DNA of 64,000 bases, from the NCBI GenBank assembly GCA_016204465.1, contig JACQKQ010000033.1, positions 858 through 64,857 on the forward strand, given 5' to 3'. Below are positions 29,145-38,795 of the stretch, piece after piece. The DNA comes from Candidatus Levyibacteriota bacterium (GTDB lineage Bacteria; Patescibacteriota; Microgenomatia; Levybacterales; UBA12049). Position numbers and translations under genes: made by a program. The first letter of the stretch is position 1. The number at the start of each line of letters is the position of its first letter. Under the pieces are notes generated by a model. The model saw only the letters and a list, made by a program, of their open reading frames with translations. It did no database searches and was not told where the DNA came from.

Positions 29145-30866
29145 ATGAAGAAGTGGGAGGTTATCCATAAGTTCAAAGTTCAAAGTTCAAAGTTCAAAGT
29201 TAAAGAGCTTATTGATATTCTTTTAGAAAACCGAGGTATAAAAACGGCCAAAGCCCGAAAAGAGTTCCTTAATCCAAAACTTGAGGATGTTACTACAGAG
29301 TCGGTTGGAATTGACGAGGATAAGTTAAAAAAAGCGTTAAGTAGAATTAAAAAAGCAATTCAGGAGAAAGAGCAGATTGTTATTTTTGGCGACTACGATG
29401 TAGACGGTATCTGCGGCACTGCAATTCTTTGGGAAACCCTCCATAGCCTAGGTGCAAAAGTTCTTCCTTACATACCTCATCGTGTTGATGAAGGCTACGG
29501 CCTTTCAAAGAAAGGAATTTCAAATCTCCAATTTCATCTATTCGACAAGCTCAGGACAAGAATGTCAAATGTCAAATTAATTATTACCGTGGATAATGGG
29601 ATTGTTGCAAACGAGGCCGTTCAATACGCTATAAAACAGGGGATTGATGTTATTATTACCGATCATCATGTTCCTTCTAAAAAATTACCAAAAGCACATG
29701 CGATTGTGCATACGACAAAGTTGTGTGGGACTGGTGTTGCCTATTTGCTTGCGAAAAAGATTCTGAAACAAGTTCAGCATGACAACGGCGAGGATGATCA
29801 CTTAGGTCTTGTAGCCTTGGCTACGGTTGCGGATTTAGTGCCGCTCACCAGTAGTAATAGAACGTTGTTAACGCATGGGCTCAAAGTTCTTAGACAGTCT
29901 AATCGGCCCGGGCTTTTAGCTTTGTGCAAAGAGGCAGGTATCAATCAAAAAACTATCGGCACGTATGAAATTGGTTATATTATTGCGCCAAGGCTCAACG
30001 CGATGGGAAGAATAACTTCTGCTATGGATAGTCTTAGGCTTTTGTGCACGAAAAGCCAAGAGCGGGCAAGCCTACTTGCTCAAAAATTATGTTTAACCAA
30101 TAAAGAACGCCAGTTGCTAACAGAAGAGACTGTACTTCATGCGTTTACTGGAATAAGAAATCAGGAATCAGGAACTAAGAAACTATTATTCGTTGCGCAT
30201 GAAACATATCAGCAAGGAGTTATTGGACTTGTCGCCGGTAAGATTGTTGAAGAGTTCTACCGCCCGACTATTGTTGTCTCAAAAGGAGAGGTATATAGCA
30301 AGGCATCGGCGCGATCGGTTGCAGGATTTAATATGATTGAGTTTATCCGCCAGGCCTCAAACCTCCTTGTAGATGTTGGCGGTCATCCTATGGCTGCGGG
30401 GTTTACCGTTGAGACCGAAAAACTTGTGCTTCTTCAGGAAAAACTTGAAGGACTTGCAGAGACACTACTTAATGGAGACAAACTTACAAAAACGCTTCGT
30501 ATAGATTGCGAATTACCACTTTCGATTGCCAGTCGCGACCTCCTCACAGTGCTTGAAGAGCTTGCTCCGTTTGGCATGGGAAACCCGCAGCCTTCATTTG
30601 TGAGCCGAGGTGTGTTTATTGAGGACATGCGATTGGTGGGAAGAGATAAAAAACACATCAAATTTCAATTCAAAAGCCAAAATGCAATCCTTCGACTTCG
30701 CTCAGGACAGGAAGTCAAAATAGACGGAATTTCGTTTGGAATGGGAGAACGAGCGCACGAATTCTCCATTGGGCAGAAAGTTGATATCGTTTATACGATT
30801 AGTGAGGATAAGTGGAATGGAAATACCGCGTTGCAGCTTAAAATAAAAGACCTAAAACCCTCTTAA
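29145..30866 (+). CDS. recJ: single-stranded-DNA-specific exonuclease RecJ
   Basis: DHH motifs (IVIFGDYDVDGICG, ITDHH), DHHA1 region (GGHPMAAG). Confidence 0.85.
   Translation: MKKWEVIHKFKVQSSKFKVKELIDILLENRGIKTAKARKEFLNPKLEDVTTESVGIDEDKLKKALSRIKKAIQEKEQIVIFGDYDVDGICGTAILWETLHSLGAKVLPYIPHRVDEGYGLSKKGISNLQFHLFDKLRTRMSNVKLIITVDNGIVANEAVQYAIKQGIDVIITDHHVPSKKLPKAHAIVHTTKLCGTGVAYLLAKKILKQVQHDNGEDDHLGLVALATVADLVPLTSSNRTLLTHGLKVLRQSNRPGLLALCKEAGINQKTIGTYEIGYIIAPRLNAMGRITSAMDSLRLLCTKSQERASLLAQKLCLTNKERQLLTEETVLHAFTGIRNQESGTKKLLFVAHETYQQGVIGLVAGKIVEEFYRPTIVVSKGEVYSKASARSVAGFNMIEFIRQASNLLVDVGGHPMAAGFTVETEKLVLLQEKLEGLAETLLNGDKLTKTLRIDCELPLSIASRDLLTVLEELAPFGMGNPQPSFVSRGVFIEDMRLVGRDKKHIKFQFKSQNAILRLRSGQEVKIDGISFGMGERAHEFSIGQKVDIVYTISEDKWNGNTALQLKIKDLKPS
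29171..29198 (+). repeat. 4 x GTTCAAA tandem repeat at the recJ 5' end
   Basis: Perfect 28-nt tract followed by the degenerate unit GTTAAAG; encodes KFKVQSSKFKVK. Confidence 0.8.
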
Positions 30867-31087
30867 GGTCTCTTTGGTTTGGGAGGACCCTTTTTGTTAC
30901 CAAATTGGCGAACTGGAACAATTGGTGTTTTTACCCCATTTACACAAACTGTTCTAACAGCTTCAGCAGGAATAGCTTCATGCGGCTGCATTGTTCTCCA
31001 TGCGCCTAATTCTGACGGTTCGCCTATCTCCTGTTTAGGAAGCGGTCTATCTATAAATTCTGGATCGTTGTTTGGAATTTCTGTCAT
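30863..31087 (-). CDS. hypothetical protein
   Basis: ORF only. It is in the same frame as the upstream 31097..31513 ORF but separated from it by two TAA stops. Confidence 0.3.
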   Translation of the reverse strand: MTEIPNNDPEFIDRPLPKQEIGEPSELGAWRTMQPHEAIPAEAVRTVCVNGVKTPIVPVRQFGNKKGPPKPKRP

Positions 31088-31096
31088 ACTTTACGC

Positions 31097-31513
31097 TTAC
31101 TTGTTTGGATTGAGATCTTCGTTAAATTCACCAGCTCTCACACGTTGTTTTATATTTTCTAATACTTCTAGATTGAGGCCATATGACTCTAGTGGATAAT
31201 GAATTATTGGTATCTTCGGTTTTTGATTTATCCTTGCTTCGAATATCACTCGTTCTGCTTCAGATACAATTGGTGATTGTGAAGGTTTAAGTTCAGGGAT
31301 ATCGCAAGACATTACTTTATCTGCCTCTTGTTTAAGCCCGTCATCTGCAAGATCCGTATACACAGCGAATGCAGCTTTATTCAACATACCTCTCTGAGCA
31401 CGCGTGTACTTGCTTGTTATTTCATCCGGTCGTTTCAAACGAGTATGCAAGCTAGCGAGTAATCGGATTCTAGCCATTTGGTATGAGTTATATCTTCCTT
31501 CAACACTCCTCAT
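31097..31513 (-). CDS. hypothetical protein
   Basis: 138-aa ORF, no recognisable motif. Confidence 0.35.
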   Translation of the reverse strand: MRSVEGRYNSYQMARIRLLASLHTRLKRPDEITSKYTRAQRGMLNKAAFAVYTDLADDGLKQEADKVMSCDIPELKPSQSPIVSEAERVIFEARINQKPKIPIIHYPLESYGLNLEVLENIKQRVRAGEFNEDLNPNK

Positions 31514-31702
31514 ATACCTTCCTCCATCAAAAAATCTCCCTTTTATGTTTGGGAGATTTGGTAAATAGATTTATTGGCTTTACACTCAAATCTCCCTCTA
31601 TCTAAAGAGGAGGAAGCGATGTGTAATGCAAGAAAAAGATAATTTCACGGCTACAATGGGATTTTAGCGCGCAAAGAAAGGCTTGTCAAGAGGGTAAAAT
31701 CC

Positions 31703-33055
31703 ATGTATTATGAATCAGGAAACATGAATCAGGAAACAAAAAGAGCGTTAGCTGCAGACTGTTTGGAAAGAATTGGGCAGGAAGTGACCCTTGCGGGTTG
31801 GGTGCAGACGGTTAGGGCGCATGGCAAAATAGCCTTTTTTGACCTTCGCGACCGCTCGGGCAGCATCCAGATAGTTGGTGTTTCAGAAGATTTAGCCAAA
31901 GTCGTAACAAACCTTAACCAGCAGGATGTGGTTGAGGTCAAAGGTACCGTTAAGAAGCGAAAAGATGCGTTTGTGAATCCGCATACACCGTTTGGCTCAA
32001 TTGAGATTGCGGCTTTCTCTCTTGCCATACTTAGTAAAGCTGAAACCATGCCTTTTGACATGGCAGGAAAAGAGCTTGTATTAGAGCTTCCAACTCTTCT
32101 TGATCACCGTTCTCTTTCACTTCGCCATCCTAAAGTTTCTGCGATTTTTTCTGTTCAGGCGTCAATACTTGAAGGCTTTCGCAAAATGGCAGAAAAATTT
32201 AACTGCACAGAGATTGTCGTGCCAACGATTGCCAACATCGCAACAGAAGGAGGCGCCGAGGTGTTTCCCGTTGATTACTATGGCCACAAGGCGTACCTTA
32301 CCCAAAGCCCACAGCTTTACAAGCAAATGATGGTGCCAATTTTTGAGCGCGTATGGACGATTGCAAAGGCTTATAGGGCCGAATCTTCGGTTACCACTCG
32401 TCATTTGGCCGAAACAACACAGCTTGATTTTGAAATCGGGTTTATTAATTTTGAAGGGTTGCTTGATATGTTTGAAGAGGTAGCGGTAGGAATGTTAAAA
32501 CACGCAGAAAATGCATCGAAAGCAATATTAAGGTCGTTTAACATTCCGCCAATTGGCTTTGAGAAAATTCCACGATTTACCCTTTCGCAAGCGCAAGTAA
32601 TTATTTTTAAGGCGTACAAGCGCGACGTGCGAAGCCAAAAGGATCTCTCTCCCCAAGACGAGATAGACATTTGCGCCTGGGTTCGCAAAGAGTATGGCAG
32701 CGATCTGGTGACCATTACGCACTTTCCAACAAAAAAACGAGCCTTCTATACCATGCCAGATCCAAAAAATCCCGAATTCTCATTAAGCTACGACGTTTTA
32801 TTTCGGGGCGTTGAGATACTAAGCGGTAGCCAGCGAATTCACGAGTACGATAAATTGGTCGCTGCAATAAAGACAAGAGGGCTTGATCCAAAGGCGTTTG
32901 ACATGTACCTTATGGCGTTTCGGTACGGTATGCCGCCGGAGGGCGGTTTCTCATTTGGCTTGGAACGCATAACAATGAAGATGCTTGGTCTTCCTAATAT
33001 CCGGCAGGCAAGCCTTTTTCCTCGAGATATGGAGCGTGTTGATGAAAGGTTATGA
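31703..33055 (+). CDS. aspS: aspartyl-tRNA synthetase (archaeal/short class II type)
   Basis: N-terminal OB-fold anticodon-binding domain and class II motifs (FRYGMPPEGGFSFGLERI motif 3). Confidence 0.85.
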   Translation: MYYESGNMNQETKRALAADCLERIGQEVTLAGWVQTVRAHGKIAFFDLRDRSGSIQIVGVSEDLAKVVTNLNQQDVVEVKGTVKKRKDAFVNPHTPFGSIEIAAFSLAILSKAETMPFDMAGKELVLELPTLLDHRSLSLRHPKVSAIFSVQASILEGFRKMAEKFNCTEIVVPTIANIATEGGAEVFPVDYYGHKAYLTQSPQLYKQMMVPIFERVWTIAKAYRAESSVTTRHLAETTQLDFEIGFINFEGLLDMFEEVAVGMLKHAENASKAILRSFNIPPIGFEKIPRFTLSQAQVIIFKAYKRDVRSQKDLSPQDEIDICAWVRKEYGSDLVTITHFPTKKRAFYTMPDPKNPEFSLSYDVLFRGVEILSGSQRIHEYDKLVAAIKTRGLDPKAFDMYLMAFRYGMPPEGGFSFGLERITMKMLGLPNIRQASLFPRDMERVDERL

Positions 33056-34020
33056 AATTTTTTATCATCCCCTGTCTTTTAACAGTACTGTACCTAAGTT
33101 TACAGCTAATCGTAAAGCAGACGCAAAACGATCTTACTTTATTGGCCATTAGACCAACCACGTTTTCGTTTTCACCAGCGCCGTACCCGATTGTAAAAAG
33201 TGTGTTAGCTGCAAAAAGCAATGCTTTGCAAAAAAGCCAAGTTTCTGTTTCGGCAAAGGCGTATGCTATTATGGACGATGAGTCAAAAGTGGTTATTGCA
33301 GTAAAGAATGAAAAAACGAGGTTTCCTATGGCATCAACTGCAAAAATTATGACTGCCATTATCGGTCTTGAGCAGTTCTCGCTTGATAGCGTACTCACAG
33401 TGCGGTCTTCGAGTATTTCCGGTTCGATCGTAGGACTTGTGCCGGGGGATGCTTTTTACTTTAGGGATCTTCTTTATGCGATGCTTCTTCCATCTGGCAA
33501 CGACGCCGCATTAACCATAGCAGATAATTATCCGGGGGGCCAAGATGCGTTTATTGCCGCTATGAACAAAAAAGCGGCAGAGCTTTCTTTATCCGCAACC
33601 CACTTTGCCGATCCGTCTGGAATTGGCGAGGACAATACAACAACAGTTATTGATCTTGCTTGGCTAGCGTCTCTTGCAATAAAAAACGATGTAATTGCAG
33701 ATATTGTTAAGACAAAAAGAGCAACAATTACAAACGTTTCTAAAAGCAAAATTTATCCATTGAATAACTTAAATAAATTATTGGGTACAGATGGGGTAAA
33801 CGGCATTAAAACAGGATTTACGGATGAGGCAGGCGGCGTGCTGACCACATCGCAGAAGGTAGAGAATCACTCGTTTATTATCGTTGTCATGGGGAGTAAG
33901 GAGAGATTTGCCGACACGCAAGAACTCCTGCAGAGCATTACAAAAAATGTAACGTTTCAAAATGTAGCGTTGCCATTTATTCAATCCAGTCGTTTCTCAC
34001 AGCCGAGACATAAGCCGTAA
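33052..34020 (+). CDS. serine-type D-Ala-D-Ala carboxypeptidase (PBP5/DacA-like)
   Basis: SxxK (ASTAK), SxN (PSGND), KTG (IKTGFT) motifs and an N-terminal signal/TM segment. Confidence 0.8.
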   Translation: MKFFIIPCLLTVLYLSLQLIVKQTQNDLTLLAIRPTTFSFSPAPYPIVKSVLAAKSNALQKSQVSVSAKAYAIMDDESKVVIAVKNEKTRFPMASTAKIMTAIIGLEQFSLDSVLTVRSSSISGSIVGLVPGDAFYFRDLLYAMLLPSGNDAALTIADNYPGGQDAFIAAMNKKAAELSLSATHFADPSGIGEDNTTTVIDLAWLASLAIKNDVIADIVKTKRATITNVSKSKIYPLNNLNKLLGTDGVNGIKTGFTDEAGGVLTTSQKVENHSFIIVVMGSKERFADTQELLQSITKNVTFQNVALPFIQSSRFSQPRHKP

Positions 34021-35017
34021 ATCCATTTTGTCCTTCAAAAACAATAATTGGCATGAGGAATTGCTGATTACTATCTGCCGCGTAGTAGCCAAGAAAAACA
34101 TTCTGTATCGGAATAGAAGTTTTGTTGCCGTCATAGGATGCGATGTACCCGATTCCTTTTTGCAGTTGTGAAAGCGCCTCTTTTGCAGTTTTTATTGGGT
34201 ACGTTGCTGCTTCATTACTTAAGGGTAAATAGGAAAAGTTGGCTTCAACAAGCTCTGGAGTAAATGAGGGCTTCGCAACGATCGCATAGAGCAACGATTG
34301 TCCAGGTTTGTTGTAGTAAATCGCAATGTCTTGTATTGGTTTTTGAAAAAAATCCACGCGAATGAATGAATTCTTTTTCGTTGTTTTCGTTTTTGCTTCG
34401 TCTAAGTCTTGCGGAAAAACACCTAAGGATACAAAAAAATCTTTTGCTGCAGTAACTGCTTCTTCGGGGGAAAGGTTTTTTTCATCTGAAAACATTTCGG
34501 GGTTGGAAAGGTAATTCGATGTGAGCGATACGTACGGATCAACAATATTAAGAACAAGTTTTTTGGAGAGCGTTCCTTCTTGCGTTGTCCATTGGTACTT
34601 TGTCTGTGAGAGTGCAACGGGTTTGTTTGTAAAACCTGCTTTGTTTGCCTTATCGGTTGCTTTTTGCAAGTCGAGCAAACCTGGCGTATTTTTTACTCCT
34701 TTGTAGACAATTGTTTGTGTTGGAAATTGCGGTAAAAGCCCAGAGAGCGTATCAACTGTATAGGCAAATTGCACTTCGGAGGCATTTTTAGGAAACGTAA
34801 CTTTAGGAAGTTTTCCAAAGGTAACGGTTGGCGGAGTTTCGGGAGTTTTGAAGTAGCGTTCTTTTAATGAAAGAGCAAGCTGTAAAAGAAAAAACAGCAA
34901 AATTCCCCCAAGAATAAGAAAAACCAAAGCGCGAAGGAGCATTTTTGTTCGCAAAACCGCGTAATGGAGCTTGGTAGCCATGTCTTGAGTATAGTGAATG
35001 TATGCGATACAATGCAA
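33977..35017 (-). CDS. hypothetical membrane-anchored extracellular protein
   Basis: N-terminal TM helix (LLRALVFLILGGILLFFLLQLAL); no known motif. Confidence 0.4.
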   Translation of the reverse strand: MHCIAYIHYTQDMATKLHYAVLRTKMLLRALVFLILGGILLFFLLQLALSLKERYFKTPETPPTVTFGKLPKVTFPKNASEVQFAYTVDTLSGLLPQFPTQTIVYKGVKNTPGLLDLQKATDKANKAGFTNKPVALSQTKYQWTTQEGTLSKKLVLNIVDPYVSLTSNYLSNPEMFSDEKNLSPEEAVTAAKDFFVSLGVFPQDLDEAKTKTTKKNSFIRVDFFQKPIQDIAIYYNKPGQSLLYAIVAKPSFTPELVEANFSYLPLSNEAATYPIKTAKEALSQLQKGIGYIASYDGNKTSIPIQNVFLGYYAADSNQQFLMPIIVFEGQNGFTAYVSAVRNDWIE

Positions 35018-35087
35018 TAGATGCTCAAAACAAGCATCTAGCGCGCAACTACGCGGAAAATTACGCGGATAAACGCTGAATGTTAAT

Positions 35088-36317
35088 ATGGTACGAGTTA
35101 GGATTGCTCCAAGTCCAACAGGTATCCCTCATATCGGCAATACCAGAACTGCGCTTTTCAATTATTTATTTGCAAAGCACAATCAAGGAAAATTTATTCT
35201 TCGGATAGAAGATACAGATCAAAAAAGAATCGTTCCTGGTGCAAAAGAGGCAATTGTGGAAATTCTTACTTGGCTCGGGCTTTTTCCAGATGAGCAGTAT
35301 ACACAATCCGAACGCCTTTCTCTTTACAAAGAGCACGCAGAGCTTCTAATTAAGAAAGCTATCGCATATAAAAAAGACGGTGCGGTTTGGGTACGTGTAA
35401 ACACAGGAGCTGCAATTGCTTGGGATGATGCCATTGGAAACAAGAAGATACAATTTAATAGTAATGATATTGAAGATTTTGTTGTGCTTAAATCCGACGG
35501 TTTCCCAACCTATCACCTCGCAAGCGTTGTTGACGACCACCTCACGGAAATTTCCCATGTCATTCGGGGCCAGGAGTGGATATCCTCAACGCCAAAGCAT
35601 TTGTTTTTGTATGAAAGTTTTGGTTGGAAGCCTCCAATTTTTGCTCATTTACCCGTTATTTTAGGACCGGATAAAGCAAAACTCTCAAAGCGTCACGGCG
35701 CAAAGTCAGTGCTTGATTACCGTGATGAAGGGTATCTAAAAGAAGCGCTGCTTAATTTTATGGTAATTCTAGGATGGAGTCCTGGAGGGGACAAAGAAAT
35801 AATGTCCATGGATGAAATGGCGCAGCTTTTTGATCTGAAAAATGTTAATACTGCAAATCCAATTTTTGATATTGGTAAATTACAATGGCTAAACGGAGTG
35901 TACATTCGTCAATTAGGAATTGACGAACTAAGTGAAAAAATAAAAAATAAAAATGAAAAATTAAAAAGAATTAATGAAAAAATATTTAAAAAACTCGTCG
36001 AGCTCGCCCAGTCCCGCATGAAGACATTAAATGAGTTTGACGAGCTTGTTGCGCCGATTGTTGAAGAGCCTAAAGTTGTTCTCTCGCAAAACGAAAAAGA
36101 ACTTGCAAGAAAGCTCAATGTTGGTTTTTCGTCAATCGTCCATTGGGAAAGCAATGCGATTTTTACTACAATAAAAAAGGTGATGCAAGAAGCACAGGTA
36201 CGTATGCCTGTCATGTATAGAATTATGACGGGAAAAGAGAGCGGGTTGCCATTGCCGCAGGTGCTTGAAATTATAGGGAAAGAGAAGGTTTTAGAAAGGT
36301 TGCAGAAGCTCTTATGA
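35088..36317 (+). CDS. gltX: glutamyl-tRNA synthetase (catalytic-domain short form)
   Basis: VRVRIAPSPTGIPHIGNTRTALFNYLFAKH (HIGH motif) and KLSKRHG (KMSKS motif). Confidence 0.85.
   Translation: MVRVRIAPSPTGIPHIGNTRTALFNYLFAKHNQGKFILRIEDTDQKRIVPGAKEAIVEILTWLGLFPDEQYTQSERLSLYKEHAELLIKKAIAYKKDGAVWVRVNTGAAIAWDDAIGNKKIQFNSNDIEDFVVLKSDGFPTYHLASVVDDHLTEISHVIRGQEWISSTPKHLFLYESFGWKPPIFAHLPVILGPDKAKLSKRHGAKSVLDYRDEGYLKEALLNFMVILGWSPGGDKEIMSMDEMAQLFDLKNVNTANPIFDIGKLQWLNGVYIRQLGIDELSEKIKNKNEKLKRINEKIFKKLVELAQSRMKTLNEFDELVAPIVEEPKVVLSQNEKELARKLNVGFSSIVHWESNAIFTTIKKVMQEAQVRMPVMYRIMTGKESGLPLPQVLEIIGKEKVLERLQKLL
35934..35989 (+). repeat. about 8 x 7-nt A-rich periodic tract (NAAAAAW) inside gltX
   Basis: gaaaaaa taaaaaa taaaaat gaaaaat taaaaag ... 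; encodes EKIKNKNEKLKRINEKIFKK. Confidence 0.6.
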
Positions 36318-36904
36318 AAATTATCGCAGAACTTATTTCTATTTTTTTTAATCCTGCGCTTTTTTTCTTTCTTATGCCGTTTTCGGTTGTATATCGATAT
36401 ACGCAAGATGGTTCGTACGCAATGAAATGGTTCTTGTTTTCGGCAATTTTTACTACACTTGGTATTCTGCTGTTCTTAATTGGAAGATTACACGGCACAT
36501 TCTCCGATATAGATATTAGCAAACGAAAAGAACGAGGGACAATGTATGTTTTTGCTTGGGCAATTGCAGTATTTTACCTTGCGGTAGCAATACTTTTTAA
36601 GGGTGTATTATTTCCTCTTTCAATCGCTTCTATCGGCATTGTTGTAGGACTTTTGGTGTTTGAAGCGGTAACAGTAAAAGCAAAGGCGAGCATTCACACT
36701 GGGACAACGTGTGCGTGGGTTTTGTCTCTTGGTTTGCTATTTGGTATTAAGCTGTTTTTATGGACCGTGTGGGTTGTGCCGCTTGTTGCATGGGCAAGGC
36801 TATCCTTGCGGCGTCACACTATGCGTGAAGTTATAATCGGAGGATTATTAGGAAGCAGTATTACGCTGCTGACATTTTATGTAGGAAAGCAATTTGTTCC
36901 ATAA
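36314..36904 (+). CDS. polytopic membrane protein, possibly PAP2-superfamily phosphatase
   Basis: Weak PAP2-like pattern (SIHTG ... SLRRHTMREV); low confidence. Confidence 0.35.
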   Translation: MKIIAELISIFFNPALFFFLMPFSVVYRYTQDGSYAMKWFLFSAIFTTLGILLFLIGRLHGTFSDIDISKRKERGTMYVFAWAIAVFYLAVAILFKGVLFPLSIASIGIVVGLLVFEAVTVKAKASIHTGTTCAWVLSLGLLFGIKLFLWTVWVVPLVAWARLSLRRHTMREVIIGGLLGSSITLLTFYVGKQFVP

Positions 36905-36907
36905 AAT

Positions 36908-37285
36908 ATGATTGATCACCAGAAATTAAAGCCGTCTTTTGAGCACGCTGTTAAAGGCGTTCATTACGCAATGCGGGAGAATCAAAACCTACGCATACAT
37001 CTTATTTTGGCAGTTTTAGCGCTTGTTCTCGCAATCCTTTTGCAGGTAAACCCATTTGAATTGGCAGTTGTCGAGTTAACAATTCTTTTAGTTATTGCAG
37101 CAGAGATGATAAACACTGCAATCGAGCAGATGGTTGATTTGATTACAACCGAACACCGAAAAGAAGCAGAAATCGCAAAAGATGTTTCTGCAGGCATGGT
37201 TTTAGTTACGGCAGTCGGCGCAATTGTCATTGGCGTGCTCATATTCTCTCCCTATATCTTGCGTATCATTGATATTGCATTATGA
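36908..37285 (+). CDS. dgkA: diacylglycerol/undecaprenol kinase DgkA family
   Basis: NLRIHLILAVLALV ... AAEMINTAIEQMVDLITTEHRKEAEIAKDVSAGMVLV matches the DgkA family. Confidence 0.7.
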   Translation: MIDHQKLKPSFEHAVKGVHYAMRENQNLRIHLILAVLALVLAILLQVNPFELAVVELTILLVIAAEMINTAIEQMVDLITTEHRKEAEIAKDVSAGMVLVTAVGAIVIGVLIFSPYILRIIDIAL

Positions 37286-38136
37286 GCAAAATAAAAGCAT
37301 CGCTATATGCTCTCCTTGCATTTTTCCTCTGGAGCCTTTTGGGTTTAGTATTAAATCTTTCAAGCTTTACCGCAATGCAGAATATAAGTTTTCAAGGCTT
37401 TGCTGGAAGCGTTCTTGCTAGTGCCATTTTATTTAAAAAGAGAAAAAGCTTTCCATTCACAACAATAAAAAAGCATAGTAAACTTTTTTTCTTCATGTTC
37501 TTTACAAACGCAGCAGGAGTTCTTTTTCTCTATTCTTATACCATTATGCCAATTGCAAAAGTGCTATTTCTTTTCAGCAGTGGACCCGTTATCGCAGTAC
37601 TAATAGAATTGCTTGTCCTAAAGCAAAAACCTAGTACAAAAAAGATACTTGCTGTCGCCTTGGGCTTAGTTGGTGTTAGTCTTATCTTGATTGAAAATCC
37701 TTTTGAAAATGCTTCGCTTATAACGTATGGCGGTATCCTGGTTCTTTTTGCGTCATTCCTTGCAACAGTGAGAGATTTTATTGTCAAGAAAATGCAAGAG
37801 CGACAGTTGTTAGAAGTTATAATCTTTTTCATTTTGTTTTCCCAACTTATCTTCAGCCTCCCTTTTGCAATGCAGTCTTCTTGGCGTTTTGAGACGTATT
37901 CGGTTCTTGCATCTTTGGCAGCAGGAACGCTCGGTGGCGTAATTGCATTCTTTCTGTATTACAAAGCGATACATGCATTAAAAGTTTCAACCGTTTGGGT
38001 GCTTTATTATTCAGAAATCTTGCTTGGGAGTTTGTGGGGAATTCTCTTTTTATCACAAGCTTTTTCTTTGCAAACACTTATTGGCGGAGCTGGGATTTTA
38101 GTTGCTGCCTACCTTGCCTTAAAATCTGGAGAATAA
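37282..38136 (+). CDS. EamA/DMT family transporter
   Basis: 10-TM pattern in two EamA-like halves. Confidence 0.65.
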   Translation: MSKIKASLYALLAFFLWSLLGLVLNLSSFTAMQNISFQGFAGSVLASAILFKKRKSFPFTTIKKHSKLFFFMFFTNAAGVLFLYSYTIMPIAKVLFLFSSGPVIAVLIELLVLKQKPSTKKILAVALGLVGVSLILIENPFENASLITYGGILVLFASFLATVRDFIVKKMQERQLLEVIIFFILFSQLIFSLPFAMQSSWRFETYSVLASLAAGTLGGVIAFFLYYKAIHALKVSTVWVLYYSEILLGSLWGILFLSQAFSLQTLIGGAGILVAAYLALKSGE

Positions 38137-38141
38137 TAACA

Positions 38142-38795
38142 ATGAATAGTAATTTAGTATATGGTTTTCTCGACGAATCTCCTGCCTTAAGTGATGATGT
38201 GCTTTTCTTTTGTGTCGATATTGTTTCCACAAGCGATAAAACCAACAAGCAACTTCAGAATATTATCAAACGAGCAAGAAAAAGAGTTGTCAAAAAGAAA
38301 CTCAAATCTCTCTCCGAAATAAAATTCCATGATTCTGATGAAAGAACAAGGATATACGTTTTAAAAGAAATTGCGAAATATAATGTAAAGATCATTGCCG
38401 TTATAATTGACAAACAGGGAAGGGTGGTAAAAGATACTCCACTTAACTATGGAATTGCGGTCGGTACAACAATTGCTGAAATGCTCTCCGTATATCCGGT
38501 TTTAAATCTTACACTCGACAAAAAATTTACGAAAGGAGAGCAAGAAGTAGAATTTCTGAAATATGCTCAAGAAACAGTTGAAAAACTTGCTCCCAAAAAT
38601 AAAAGCGTTGTTTTCAATCCACCGAAGGACAGCAAGCAAGATAGTTTGTTACAACTAACTGATTTTGTCGCCGGAGCAATACAGGCAAAATATAATAACA
38701 AAGATAATCATTATGTCGAGATTATTCAGGACAAAATTGTAGTTGAAAAGATGATTAAGTGGACGAAGCTCAAAAAAAGAATAGTCAATCCCTGA
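38142..38795 (+). CDS. DUF3800-like protein
   Basis: Start at the ATG at 38142 (MNSNLVYGFLDES) and C-terminal LQLTDFVAGAI motif, both characteristic of DUF3800. Confidence 0.5.
   Translation: MNSNLVYGFLDESPALSDDVLFFCVDIVSTSDKTNKQLQNIIKRARKRVVKKKLKSLSEIKFHDSDERTRIYVLKEIAKYNVKIIAVIIDKQGRVVKDTPLNYGIAVGTTIAEMLSVYPVLNLTLDKKFTKGEQEVEFLKYAQETVEKLAPKNKSVVFNPPKDSKQDSLLQLTDFVAGAIQAKYNNKDNHYVEIIQDKIVVEKMIKWTKLKKRIVNP

Noticed and set aside
30863-31513. Stop-codon recoding or read-through joining the two ORFs (alternative genetic code)
   Set aside because: TGA clearly functions as a stop throughout (for example at the rmlA, sufC and korA ends). The separating codons are TAA, which is not reassigned in known bacterial codes.
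31520-31700. Hairpin AAATCTCCC-ttttatgttt-GGGAGATTT and TCTCCCTCT/AGAGGAGG repeats in the divergent region upstream of aspS, considered as a T-box or riboswitch
   Set aside because: It is too short for a T-box and has no specifier or antiterminator consensus. It is likely a simple promoter-region hairpin.
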